Origin: Camelus dromedarius
Lineage: Eukaryota
Reading direction: 5' to 3'
Length of the DNA stretch: 64,000 nt
Assembly (NCBI RefSeq): GCF_036321535.1
Contig: NC_087437.1
Location: forward strand, 68,884,001 to 68,948,000
Under the pieces are notes generated by a model, which was not told the DNA's origin, did no database searches, and was given only the letters and a program-made list of their open reading frames with translations. Made by a program: the position numbers and the translations under genes. Below, piece by piece: positions 1 through 12,275 of the stretch (its first letter is position 1; every line of letters begins with the position of its first letter).

Positions 1-3000
1 GTTGGTGAAGCATGGATGGAAAATGGCCTTCTAGGTAAAAAAAGAAAGTGAGAAAATGGGTATGTAAATAAACACAGGGAGCTATAAAGGTCTGAGACTG
101 CTAAGAGCCAAATGTGAGTGTGGGGAGCTCAGGAAAATAATGGTGGCTATCCACGAGAAAACACCATGAAATGTGCATAAAGGAGCTCAGAATGGCTGGC
201 CTCCAACATCTGTGTGTAGAAGTAGAGAAATTCAGATGGTGAGAAAATGGCTGGAATGCAGAGTAATTGGAAATCTGTAAATGAGAAGTAAGTTTTTAGT
301 TACTGCATAGGGGGTGGTTGGTCATTAGGTGATGGACCACAGAATCAACATCTGGAAAGGCAGGGTAAGGATAATCAGAATTAACCTGTCAGGCCACGTA
401 GCCTGTATTTCCCTCTAAAAATTAACTCTTGAAGCATTGTACAGTATCTTGTTCTCTTGTACACACCATAGGATCTAATATAAGTTTTGGGAAATGTGTA
501 GACTTTAATGGGCTCCATGCACATGTTAATTTATTGAAAAATGAACCAGTGGCATTCTTTTTTCATATTTTTGACATAACCTTTACAACATATATAGTTC
601 ATCTTGGTGAAAAGAGATAACTTACCAATAACAAGGCATCAACTTAGGTGCTGCAAAGCCAGTCAATGGTAGGGCTTACTGGTTTTACTAAATAAGCATC
701 ATTTGTGGTCTTATAATTTACCTTAAAAATTATTTTTGCCTACAAACAATCTGTCTTGTTGGGGTCTCTGGTTATAGAATAGCCCTTGGTAGATGTGTCC
801 TGAGAGTCTTTAGTTAAGTTTGGAAAGATTGGGAGGAACCTGATGCTTCTGATTACTTTGGGAAAATAATATAAGAGAAATTCAAATTTAAAATGAGCGA
901 TAATAGACTCAATGTGTTTTCTTTTGAAATTGTATTATAGTACATACTACAGTACATACGTAGTACATGCATATAGTACAGACAGTAAATTTTAAAAAGG
1001 TTAACGAGATAATGTTGGCACTGATATTTATTACTATTAGAAATTCACAGTGGATTTTAGAGGCCAAGTGAAGGGTTCCTTTCTTTAAGGGTCACTTGTA
1101 TCACATTACTTAATTTTGATGCCACTGTTCTTACTAAAGTCTGTGAAACCATTGCAAAAAAATAATAAAAAGATGAGATTTATGAATTTGATGCTCTCCA
1201 TTACTTCCTTTGACTTCCTTAGCTTAGACTTCAAACTATTAGTTTCAAGGCTGGACTCTCTTTAAGTGATAGATGTTAGAGAGTCTCTCATCCTTCTGTG
1301 TGTTCTTTCTTTCATACAACAGGAAATTGCCTTTGAATAGTTACAGAAAAACTTTAGCCCTAACAGAGTGTCTTGTTATACCCATCCATCCATCCATCCA
1401 AAAAAAAAAAAAAATCTGGACCTTAAATTCCATTGGTAACTATGGGACTTTAAGGAAGTCGTGACTTTTGGGAACCTACGTTTTCCCAAATGAAAAATAT
1501 GTAAAGTATTATCTACTTTGTAATATTGCTGGAGGATTAAATGATGAAACTCGTAGATGCTTTATAAGCTTTAAAGGGATATATCAATATTAAGTTTTCC
1601 TTTTTTTCTTTTTAACTAGTGCTTACTCTATGGAAAGTCTAAGCTAAGCTCTGGTGCGGGACATAGAAAATATGACTTCTCACCTCAAAAAATTGGTCGT
1701 GTAGTTAAGTGGAGCTAGTTAACTTGTTTTATCTGGTTCAGAAGGCCAAACGAAGCCCTCGGAAATAGTGTTTTCTGAGGCTAACACTAGTCTTGAAATC
1801 TAGACTTTCTCTCTGATTGTTCAAATAAGCATAATTAGAATATCATGGAAATCAAATTATATCAGAGTTGAAAAAATTTCTAGCAAGATTTTAATCCAGC
1901 AGCTTCATCGTTACAGACAATAAAACTCCAGCCTAAATAAATAAAGTTAATTGTCCACAGTCACTCAGCAAGGAAGTGAATGAATCAGGGATAGAATTCA
2001 GTTCTCTTAATTTCAAGCACAGAAAAATAGGATTACTCTTTCTACTTTTATTTTTCTCAAATTCTTTTGATCAATGCTTTGTTATACCCTCATATGTAGA
2101 AACTTTGAAGATAATGTATCAAAAGAAAAATGCATAAAACAAAGGAAGACTGATAAACCTTATGGTCTTTTGTTAACGGGCTTAATGAGAAAGGCCATTA
2201 CCTCTTCACAATTGTCCATTAGAAAAAACAAGTCAAAGATACTAGACTGAAAAGTGTTCAGATCTTAGGAAAGTCATAGAATTATGTGACTATTGTGTGT
2301 GGGTTTGATTAAATTCAAGAATAGGCAAAATATGTGACTTTGAATTATAAACAGCCATTTCATTGGCTTGAAAATCCTAGAAATTGTACACTGGTGAGTA
2401 CCATATTAGTAGATAAATTAGGATAATAGGGAATGGAAAGATTTCTCCGAAGTACGTATCTCATCCTAATTTCCAGCTGAACCCTAGTTCTATATCGCTA
2501 GTTAGGTATGAGATATTGGCATTTTTATATCACAGATTTCCAACACCAAGCAGAATTAATAAATGTTAACACTGTCATATTTACTTTTAATTTCTTTTAT
2601 AAATAAAACATTATAAATTAATGCTTTTCTTTCCTAGTCCATTAAAAAATGTATTTGTAGCCTCATGCTTGTTTCTACAAATCTAAATGTTTATGGTCTG
2701 TACTATTTGCTGGGCATACAACAGATGCCTAACAAGCTTCTTGATTCTAATCTGAAAGAACGTGTACTTTCTGTGCCTTTAAAAAGTTTTTTGGCATTGT
2801 TGATTCCGTTCTGTTTCATATTTCATCCAAGTTTTAATATCCAGGATTCTAAATAATATCAAGAAAGGTATAAAATTTAAAAAGCACTGAAAGACAAGGT
2901 ATTTTCCACATTTTTCGTATTCTTACTTAACTGTCTCCATTTTCCCTGTGCCTCAAGCCTTATTATGGTAACTATTCCTTATCTAACCCGTAGTGGGTGA

Positions 3001-3236
3001 TGGTGATGGTGATCCTAATAGTGATACTACACTCTTCTATTTCTCTTTCTTCTCCTCTTCCTCCTAATAATGACGATGACATTTATCATGCCTTGAATAT
3101 TTCAGAGAATTTGAGGGGAAAGCAAAAGGGGAGAGTCAGACCTGAATATGAAGCCTGAATTGCTTTGGTGGTATTTTGTCCAAATAGATTTCGCTTAATT
3201 CTAAGCTTTTCTGAATCAAGGAAGACATGGCTTTAG

Positions 3237-3341
3237 GCTTTTATTTATTTATTTCTATTAATGGAGGTACTGGGGATTGAACCCAGGACCTTGTCAGGCG
3301 TGCAAAGCATGTGCTCTACAATTGAGCTATACCCACCCCCT
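3237..3341 (-). mobile_element. tRNA-derived SINE (camelid vic-1-like)
   Basis: The reverse complement reads GGGGTGGGTATAGCTCAATTGTAGAGC...GGTCCTGGGTTCAATCCCCAGTACCTCC with an A-rich tail (pol III A and B boxes). A 17-bp TSD with 2 mismatches flanks it: ggaagacatggctttag (3220-3236) and ggaagacatagccttag (3342-3358). Confidence 0.9.
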
Positions 3342-4364
3342 GGAAGACATAGCCTTAGAATGATTTTTCTATACTTGACTTTAAGGATAATTGAACAGAA
3401 AAATACCAGGAATCATGGTGAACTTGGATGAGGCAATCCCCCTTAACATAGTTTTTGTCATTGTTTAAATGGTCAGACAAGAGTTCTCAGTTTTAAGGCT
3501 AGGTGGGAGAAAGGAAATGATACAATGGCTTCTTTCCACCTGGATGTTAAAAGCTAGAAAACAGTCTCATCTCAGTTTGACATGAAATGCAAGTCCTCTT
3601 CTTGAATATAGATCATGTCCCAGTTTTCCATACTTTTTTTAGCCCACTGGCTCTGTGACTGTGATGGGCTGACCTCATGGCATCTTCAAAGGCCTGTAGG
3701 AAGCTGGGGAGCTAGAGTAGGGTAGAAGGATTTGGTGTCGTCTGCACTGAAAGGTCAAGCAGCACATGTGATTCCATGCGTCCCTCCCCCTGTACCATCT
3801 CCCAGGTTAGTATACAACTGGAGGTATTGACAGGTCTGAAAAGCCATCTATGGTTTAAGCATCCATGGAGCCTGTGAACAACACAAATCACACAGTATCC
3901 TGTGGTTCTATTATTTCAGTTTTCCTAAGATCTATGTTAACTAATTGCTTTCATTTTGTTCCTGTGGGGTGCTCTGTTCTCTGTTAACCCAATACAATGC
4001 TATTATTAAAACGAATCTTAAAACCAGGCTATAGTGTTACTACTGAGCTATCTGCCTACCCGCTCAGGCAATGGAATACTTGGCTCCCAGTTAGGGCATT
4101 ATTTTATTAAAGAGTCACAGTGGTGCTTACGAATATTAACTCATTAATTTGCTCTGGCATCCCTCTGTGACTCCTAGAAAGTATTATTTCTCTCAGTTTA
4201 TAAGGGAGGAGAGAAAACACAGGCATATTTTCCTAAACTCATACTGCAAAGAGGGACAGGGAGAAGGAAGAAACAGCTATGTGCGTCTCCTAACATCTCA
4301 TGAGACCCCAGAGCTACAGCATTATTTCTGTCTTTGAACTTGTCACAATCCAAAAAGCCTACCC

Positions 4365-4560
4365 AGATCATGTCTCAGCACTCACTAATGTGTGTTCTCA
4401 GGTGAAGGACTTTAAGTCACCAAGCCTCAGTTTCTTCATATATAAAATAGTGGAAATAATATGCTTTACTAGGATTGCTAAGGGGACTGTGTTAGATCCA
4501 TTTGGTAAATTGCTTAGTAGAGTTCTTTCCTGGTGTATGGTAAGTGTAAGAAAATGAAAG
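4365..4560 (+). mobile_element. MIR SINE fragment
   Basis: MIR core-like segment 'agcctcagtttcttcatatataaaatagtggaaataat'. Confidence 0.75.
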
Positions 4561-4574
4561 CATTTCTTAACAAA

Positions 4575-4770
4575 TTAAATTGCGTCAAGCCACTCTCCAG
4601 CAGTCAGAGTGTCTAATAATGGGAGTGCTGTTTCACAAGGTAGTGAATTACCCATCCCTGGCAGGACCTATACAGAGGCTGATATCCGTGGCTCATCTCT
4701 GTTAGAGGGGGGACCATGCATTGGTGTGTGTTGCTAGATGGTTTCTGAAGTTTCCTCCAACTGTAACTGT
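4575..4770 (+). mobile_element. L3/CR1 LINE 3' end
   Basis: 'ggtagtgaattacccatccctgg...tgcattggtgtgtgttgctagatggtttctgaagtttcctccaactgt' resembles the CR1/L3 3' terminus. Confidence 0.6.
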
Positions 4771-4824
4771 CCAAGCAGTAGTAGGTGGTGAGGCATTTGG
4801 AGAAGGATCATGAAAATTCTTGAC

Positions 4825-5040
4825 ATTTGCACAGCTTTTTATAGTTTAAATGTGCTAGGAGTGTGTATATTCTCATTTAATCCTCATAATAGCCTTCTAT
4901 GGAAGACAGAAGAGGTGTACTTACCTTTATTTTATGTATGGGAAAATAGTAGCATCAGAGAAGTTAAATGACTTTCTCAGGGTCATATATCAGAAAGTTG
5001 GAAAGCTGGAACCCACAACCTTTTTTCCCTGACTCTGTGA
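4825..5040 (-). mobile_element. MIR SINE fragment
   Basis: 'tctcatttaatcctcataatagcc...cagagaagttaaatgactttctcagggtcat' matches the reverse MIR core. Confidence 0.75.
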
Positions 5041-5379
5041 TCTTGTATCACATATAGTCATTCAGGTTTCTATTCTTGAGTGGGTACCATTTAAACACAC
5101 TTTGAAAGGTTCATCTTCCTTTTCCAGCATTCCTCTTCTGTACTCTCTGTACCTACTCAATTCTTCCTGCATCCACAAAGCACAATGTTGCAATGCTCAT
5201 ATGCACTGGTTGAAGACCTAGAGCAGTACTGAAAATTGGAAAGAACATTGCCACCCCACCTCTGACCTCACCTTCCCCCAAGTTTTGCTCTGACATCCAG
5301 AATACAATGAATGCCAAGAGCGGATACCATCCTGTGTTACTGTTTGTGTAGCAATGGCATTCGGAAAGGTCATGGGGTG

Positions 5380-5800
5380 AGGGGCGGAACGTTTCTTGCT
5401 GTGAATTAATCTTGAGATGAAAACTGCTTTTTAATCTAAATCTGTGGTTGCGTCGTCATTCAGCTGGTAACTAATTGGGGTGGCTGTGACTGGGGGTGGT
5501 AGCAGGAAGCCAGTTCTGTGAGGCTGAGAATGGGCTCCCACCTTGCTGTAATTTACTGCTGTAATGAGAGGAAGGAGAAAAATGCTGCCAGTGTTTAATA
5601 GCTAAGCAAAGTGTTTTCAGACCCGCTTTTTTTTTCTTCATCAATCTTTAGACACACATCACAAGGAGAAATATCAGTCGCCATTCAGTTTGATCACTTC
5701 AGCCATTTTTTTTTTCATTTTTCAAGCTTAATTTACTGCTGTCTTTTTCCATTTACTGCAACAAATAGTTTATCTGCTTTCCTAAAATTGAGATAAACAC
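5380..5800. promoter_or_regulatory. Putative conserved non-coding enhancer
   Basis: Repeat-free block with many TAAT/ATTA cores and an exact 14-bp repeat TAATTTACTGCTGT (5549-5562 and 5729-5742). Conservation is inferred, not measured. Confidence 0.45.
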
Positions 5801-6179
5801 CACCAGCCAGGGGAGGCTTTGGACTTGCTCTTCTTCCCATCTCCCCACGGCAGTAAAACCAAAGACTTAAATAGGCATTAAGTGCTACTTACAAGGCTTA
5901 GAGAGGCTGGAACTTCCTTCCTCTTTGTCCTGATGAAGGTTGGGCTAAATCCATCTGAAGGTCCTCCCCAATCCTGTGTTTTGGCCGTCTGACACATTGT
6001 CTCTCCCTTCTGTGAAGCAGTCAGGCAATCAGACTAGTTGCAGGAACACGTTGGCTCTGTTTATATGTGTCGGGGCAAGTTGTAAATCTATTCAAGTCAG
6101 AATGATTTGTAGGATCATTGGGGAATCCTGAAAGGAGAATTTCATTCCTTGTTTCATTCCTTCTTTTTTTTTTTTTCTT

Positions 6180-6680
6180 TAGTAACACTGAGCATCACAT
6201 AATGTATATAAAGAAAAAGTGCAAACTTCAAACCCTTCTAGTAGCTCTCAGCCTTTTATGAGAGACATATAAGCAGTAGGACAATGAACTCTGTGTGAGA
6301 AAAGATGGGAATTCGGGTGTTGCAAAGGCAGAGAAGAAGGGACCCTGACAATGTCTGAGGAGAGCTGAAAGGTTTTCCCAGAGGTGGAGACACAGGAACA
6401 GAGTCTCACAGAATGAATTGAGGAAGTAGATTCGGGAAAAGGAGTTTTTCTTAACAGCAGGATGTACAAATTCATGAACCTACGAGGAGGCATGCTGTGT
6501 TCAAGGCAAGCGGTTTGGTGTGACTAAAGCAACGTGTATACCTGAGGCAGTGGCAAGAATTGTAGCTAAAGAACTGTGTAGCTTTTAGAGATCCTCCCGT
6601 GGCTTGTGAAGGAGTTTGGAAGTCAGTGGTGATGAGAGGTGATCTGGAAACGTCTTTAGGTTGAGGCAATTTCAAAGGCC
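6180..6680 (-). mobile_element. L2 LINE fragment
   Basis: Purine-rich degenerate L2-like sequence ('gaaggttttcccagaggtggagaca...gcaggatgtacaaattcatgaa'). Confidence 0.55.
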
Positions 6681-7204
6681 ATGATGCTCTAGCATCTGAT
6701 CCATGTGAGCTGTAGCTGGTAAATTTTCTTTTTTTTCAACTTGCTTCCTGTTTAAGCTGAGTTTGCGACACCCCATATCTGGAATTTGGTTGGCATGGAT
6801 AAAAGTCATCTGCATGTCTGTGCTGAAGGCATAGACTCATCTAAGTGACAAGGTACCCAAAAGCACTTTATAACCTTTGAAGAAATCCTTTTTCGAGCTG
6901 GACCAAGGCCATCAGAGTGGGGCTAGAAAAGGGAGAGATTGGGGGGGGGGGGTTGGGGAAAGAGGAGGTGGGACTTCGATGATGACTCAGTGAGCCATTC
7001 TTGCTCAATGGCAAATGAGTGGATGATTATTCTGAGAAACGTACCCTGGAATATGGAAGAAATGATAACACTTCCCACTCTGAAAAAGGAGCAGGCATAT
7101 GGGACAACTGTGATAGAGGAGAGACAGCTTTGGATCCTATATTTCTTATATTCGACTTGAGTTGATGAGTTACCCATAGCTCAAAGGCATCTAATTGTCC
7201 TTGA

Positions 7205-7355
7205 TGGGGTTGGGGGGAGGGTATAGCTCAAGTGGTAGAGCACATTCTTAGCATGCATGAGGTCCTGTGTTCAATCCCCAGTACCTCATCTAAACATAAA
7301 TAAATAAACCTAATCACCTCCCCCCCAAAATAAACAAAAACAAACAAACAAAAAA
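7205..7355 (+). mobile_element. tRNA-derived SINE (camelid vic-1-like), full length
   Basis: A box TAGCTCAAGTGG (7224-7235), B box GTGTTCAATCCC (7267-7278) and a (CAAA)n tail. Perfect 13-bp TSD taattgtccttga at 7192-7204 and 7356-7368. Confidence 0.93.
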
Positions 7356-7399
7356 TAATTGTCCTTGACATTTCTATAGCAGTATGCATGGTAGGTTTT

Positions 7400-7659
7400 T
7401 TTTTTAATTTTTTAGTAATAATTTTAACAGTTTATTGAGATGAAATTCACATAACATAAAATTCACTTTAAAATTAACACTTTAGTAGCATTTAGTATAT
7501 TCATAATGTTTTGCAACCACCACCTCTATCTATTTCTAAAACATTTTCATCATCCCAAAAATGATGAAACCCCCTACATGTTAAGCAGTTTCTCCCTATT
7601 ACCCTGGCCCCAGCACCTGGTAACCACCAACCTGTGTTCTGTCCGTCTCTGTGTATTTA
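7400..7659 (-). mobile_element. Old L1 (L1MB-like) 3' end
   Basis: T-rich tail followed by 'tttattgagatgaaattcacataacataaaattcac...ttgcaaccaccacctctatc'. Perfect 13-bp TSD catggtaggtttt (7387-7399 and 7660-7672), followed by AA (TTTT/AA endonuclease site). Confidence 0.85.
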
Positions 7660-7839
7660 CATGGTAGGTTTTAAATGACTGTTACTTCAGTAACATTGTC
7701 AAAGGGGTCCTAAGTCATTCCTAAAATTCCTTAGAATTACATGCAAGACACCACTGTGGGAACAAGAGCAAGGGGGCCTATAAGTTTATGCTAATAATAA
7801 TAAAAATATAAATAAATATTAATAATAATAAAATAAATA

Positions 7840-8075
7840 ATAATAAAACATACTATGCACCAGGACTATGTTAAGCATATTACATATATTATATATTTAA
7901 TACATATTATATATATTTATGCATTAATACATATTTAATCCTCACAGTCATAGGAGGGAGATAGTTTCATGATTAGCATAATACAGAAGAAAAATCTAAG
8001 AGCCAGTAAAGTGAAATGATTGCCCAAGGCCTCAGGCTAGCAAATGACATAAGTAGGAATTAGACCCAGGCTTGG
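7840..8075 (-). mobile_element. MIR SINE with AT-rich low-complexity head
   Basis: 'atttaatcctcacag...gtgaaatgattgcccaaggcctcaggctagcaaatg...attagacccagg'. Confidence 0.75.
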
Positions 8076-8689
8076 TAAAAAAAAAAAGGTGGCGTGGAGT
8101 GTGTGAGACTGACTTGTATATCAGTAACAGTTCACAGAGCATCCATCAGCCTGTCTCCATGAAGCTCCCAAACAAAAAGGCTTTTTTTCCTCCTAAATTG
8201 TTTCTTTAAGAAGTCTTTTATTATTAGGCCAGTGAGAGTAATTGCAATGATAATTTAATAGATGGGAGAGGAGGAGAGTGGGGAGAGAGAGGGAACAAGA
8301 AGCTTTTTAAAAAGTCTGTAAAGTCTAAAGTCTGTAAAGACTTCAAAGCTACCATCCGATGAGGGTGTCTTTTGTGGCAGGTTAGAGGGGAGCATGCATT
8401 CAGAGTTTGAAGGATAGAGCTACCCTTGCAGCAATCCTGGAGAAAACAGCTTAGATGATTTTTGCAGGGCCTTCTACTAATGAACTGTCTTTACTCACTG
8501 GAGATGAGCCTCCAGGCTGTTCCCTCAGGCCCTGCTGCTGACATCCAGGTGCCCAGACAGAATAACTGGCTCTAGACAGCTGTGTGAGCTTTGCTCACTA
8601 AGGAGAACTCTGGGACGAGAAAGTAAATTTTTATAGGAACCTTTTTTTTTTTTAAAGTATTCTTGATAGTGAACTTTAAAGTATGATAT

Positions 8690-8966
8690 TACAGACAACA
8701 AACTTATGGTTAGCACTGGGGTTAGGGGCTGGGGAGGGATAAACTGAAAGTTTGGGGTTAGCAGATACAAACTACTCTAGAGATAACAGAAGAGATGAAC
8801 GACCAGGTCCTACTGTACAGCACAGAGAACTATATTCAATAGCTTTTAATAACCTACAATGAAAAAGAATATGTGTATATATATATTTATGTATAACTGA
8901 ATCACTATGCTATATGCTAGAAACTAACACAACACTGTGAATCAACTATACTTCAGTTAAAAAAAG
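8690..8966 (+). mobile_element. L1 3' UTR fragment (artiodactyl-type)
   Basis: 'acaaacttatggttagc...gtcctactgtacagcacagagaactatattcaat...aatcaactatacttcagttaaaaaaa'. Probable TSD aaagtatgat at 8678-8687 and 8967-8976. Confidence 0.85.
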
Positions 8967-9542
8967 AAAGTATGATGTCAGACTCCACTCTGTCTTCTTC
9001 CTCCCAATCATCCTTTTTGTAAAACTTACAGTCATGGAAGAAATGTGCTCCAATATCTAGGCTGAAATCTAAGCCAGGGCATTCTATCCAGCTTCCAAAA
9101 TTAATTTTTCTTCAGCTTCAATTAGGTCAGGAAGTCTTCTTCATCCCTAGTTTAGGAAAGCGTGAATGCCTGTCCCACTGTCTTCATCTGGATTCCTGGA
9201 GGCAAAAATACACTTGTTGAGAAATACATTTGACAGCCAGGAGGCTGAAGAGTCTGTAGAGATGTGAGGTTATTGCTGTATTTCTGTGAAAATCTATAAC
9301 CCAACCTCTGGCCTTTTAGCAGAGGAAAGGTGCTCTTTCAATAATCAAAACACCAGGGGTGCCGTTACTCCTAACACAGGGAAGTTAACAACAGAAACAA
9401 AATATTAGTGGTGATTGTAGCAGCATGCTTTTTTATTATTTTAATCTGTTATCACTTTAGGTAGCTGGAACAATGCATTTTGAAATTCACCTAAAGTATT
9501 GTGTGCACGTCTTCCTACAGGAAATCTGTACTCATCCACCTT

Positions 9543-12275
9543 TTTTTTTTTTTTAACATTTTTTATTGATTTATAATCATTTTACAATGTTGTGTCAAAT
9601 TCCAGTGTTCAGCACAATTTTTCAGTTATTCATGGACATATACACACTCATTGTCACATTTTTTTCTCTGTGAGTTATCATAACATTTTGTGTATATTTC
9701 CCTGTGCTGTACAGTGTAGTCTATTCTACAATTTTGAAATCCCAGTCTATCCCTTCCCACCCTCCACCCCCCTGGTAACCACAAGTCTGTATTCTCTGTC
9801 TGTGAGTCTATTTCTGTCCTTTATTTATGCTTTGTTTTTGTTTGTTTGTTTGTTTTTGTTTAGATTCCACATATGAGTGATCTCATATGGTATTTTTCTT
9901 TCTCTTTCTGGCTTACTTCACTTAGAATGACATTCTCCAGGAGCATCCATGTTGCTGCAAATGGCATTATGTTGTTGGTTTTATGGCTGAGTAGTATTCC
10001 ATTGTATAAATATACCACATCTTCTTCATCCAGTCACCTGTTGATGGACATTTAGGCTGTTTCCATGTTTTGGCTATTGTAAATAGTGCTGCTATGAACA
10101 TTGGGGTGCAGGTGTCATCCTGAAGTAGGGTTCCTTCTGGATACAAGCCCAGGAGTGGGATTCCTGGGTCATATGGTAAGTCTATTCCTAGTCTTTTGAG
10201 GAATCTCCACACTGTTTTCCATAGTGGCTGCACCAAACTGCATTCCCACCAGCAGTGTAGGAGGGTTCCCCTTTCTCCACAGCCTCTCCAGCATTTGTCA
10301 TTTGTGGATTTTTGAATGACGGCCATTCTGACTGGTGTGAGTTGATACCTCATTGTAGTTTTGATTTGCATTTCTCTGATAATTAGTGATATTGATCATT
10401 TTTTCATGTGCTTTTTGATCATTTGTATGTCTTCCTTGGAGAATTGCTTGTTTAGGTCTTCTGCCCATTTTTGTTTAGGTCTTCTGGGTTGTTTATTTTT
10501 TTCTTATTGAGTCGTATGAGCTGCTTATATATTCTGGAGATCAAGCCTTTGTCGGTTTCACTTGCAAAAATTTTCTCCCATTCTGTAGGTTTTCTTGTTT
10601 TATTTCTGGTTTCCTTTGCTGTGCAGAAGCTTATAAGTTTCATTAGGTCCCATTTGTTTATTCTTGCTTTTATTTCTTCTAGGAGAAAATTTTTGAAATG
10701 TATGTCAGATAATGTTTTGCCTATGTTTTCCTCTAGGAGGTTTAATGTATCTTATGTTTAAGTCTTTAATCCATTTTGAGTTGATTTTTGTATATGGTGT
10801 AAGGGAGTGTTCTAGCTTCATTGTTTTACATGCCGCTGTCCGGTTTTCCCAACACCATTTGCTGAAGAGACTGTCTTTATTCCAATGTATATTCTTGCCT
10901 CCTTTGTCGAAGATGAGTTGACCAAAAGTTTGTGGGTTCATTTCTGGGCTGTCTATTCTGTTCCATTGGTCTATATGTCTGTTTTGGTACCAATACCATG
11001 CTGTCTTGATGACTGTAGCTCTATAGTATTGTCTGAAGTCTGGGAGAGTTATTCCTGCAGCCTCTTTCTTTCTCTTCAGTAATGCTTTGGCAATTCTAGG
11101 TCTTTGATGGTTCCATATGAATTTTATTATGATTTTTTCTAGTTCTGTGAAATATGTCCTGGGTAATTGGATAGGGATTGCATTAAACCTGTAGATTGCC
11201 TTGGGCAGTGTGACCATTTTAACAATATTGATTCTTCCAATCCAAGAGCATGGAATATCTTTCCATTTTTTAAAGTCTTCTTTAATTTCCTTCATCAATG
11301 GTTTATAGTTTTCTGTGTATAATTCTTTCACCTCCTTGGTTAGATTTATTCCCAGATATTTTATTACTTTGGGTGCTATTTTAAAGGGGATTGTTTCTTT
11401 ACTTTCTTCTTCTGTTGATTTATCGTTAGTGTAAAGAAATGCAACTGATTTTTGAACGTTAATTTTGTAACCTGCTACCTTGCTGAATTCTTCAATCAGC
11501 TCTAGTAGCTTTTGTGTGGACCTTTTAGGTTTTCTATATATAGTAACATGTCATCAGCATATAATGACACTTTTACCTCTTCTTTTCCAATTTGGATCCC
11601 TTTTATTTCTTTCTGTTGCCTAACTGCTGTGGCTAGGACTTCCAGGACTATGTTGAATAGGAGTGGTGATAGTGGGCATCCTTGTCTTGTCCCAGATTTT
11701 AGTGGGAAGCTTTTGAGTTTTTCACCGTTGAGTACTATGCTGGCTGTAGGTTTGTCATATATAGCTTTTATGATGTTGAGATATGTTCCCTCCATACCCA
11801 CTTTGGCGAGAGTTTTTATCATAAATGGGTGTTGAATTTTATCAAATGCTTTTTCTGCATCGATGGAGATGATCATGTGGTTTTTGTCCTTTCTCTTGTT
11901 GATGTGATGTATTACATTGATTGATTTGCGTATGTTGAACCAGCCTTGTGTCCCTGGGATGAACCCCACTTGGTCATGATGTATAATCTTTTTTATGTGT
12001 TGTTGGATTCTATTTGCTAAAATTTTGGTGAGGATTTTGGCGTCTATGTTCATCAGTGATATTGGCCTATAATTCTCTTTTTTTGTAGTGTCTTTGCCTG
12101 GTTTTGGTATCAGGGTGATGGTGGCTTCATAGAATGAGTTTGGGAGTATTCCCTCCTTTTCAATCGTCTGGAAGAGTTTGAGAAGGACTGGTATGAGTTC
12201 TTCTTTGTATGTTTGGTAGAATTCCCCGGTGAAGCCGTCCGGTCCTGGACTTTTATTTGTAGGGAGGTTTTTAAT
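9543..12275 (-). mobile_element. 5'-truncated LINE-1, relatively young lineage-specific subfamily
   Basis: Poly(T) run at 9541-9554, poly(A) signal (TTTATT 9562-9567), 3'UTR and ORF2 remnants. Perfect 16-bp TSD tgtactcatccacctt at 9527-9542 and 12276-12291. Confidence 0.97.
9967..12275 (-). pseudogene. Disrupted LINE-1 ORF2p (RT domain and C-terminal CCHC region; endonuclease domain lost)
   Basis: ORF pieces 11502-12284 ([36 protein letters not shown] at 11550-11561), 10705-11331 ([17 protein letters not shown]), 10452-10643 and 9967-10371 ([18 protein letters not shown]). The pieces lie in alternating frames, implying at least three frame changes. Confidence 0.95.

Noticed and set aside
938..983. 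Four degenerate copies of tagtacatac with short variable spacers
   Set aside because: A decayed simple repeat. Units and spacers are far too short for a CRISPR-like array, and the DNA is mammalian.
6931..6958. G12 run with adjacent G-tracts (potential G-quadruplex)
   Set aside because: An isolated homopolymer, prone to sequencing error, with no functional context.
7205..7290. tRNA-like sequence with A and B boxes
   Set aside because: It has an A-rich tail, a TSD and diverged paralogues in the window, so it is a SINE and not a functional tRNA gene.
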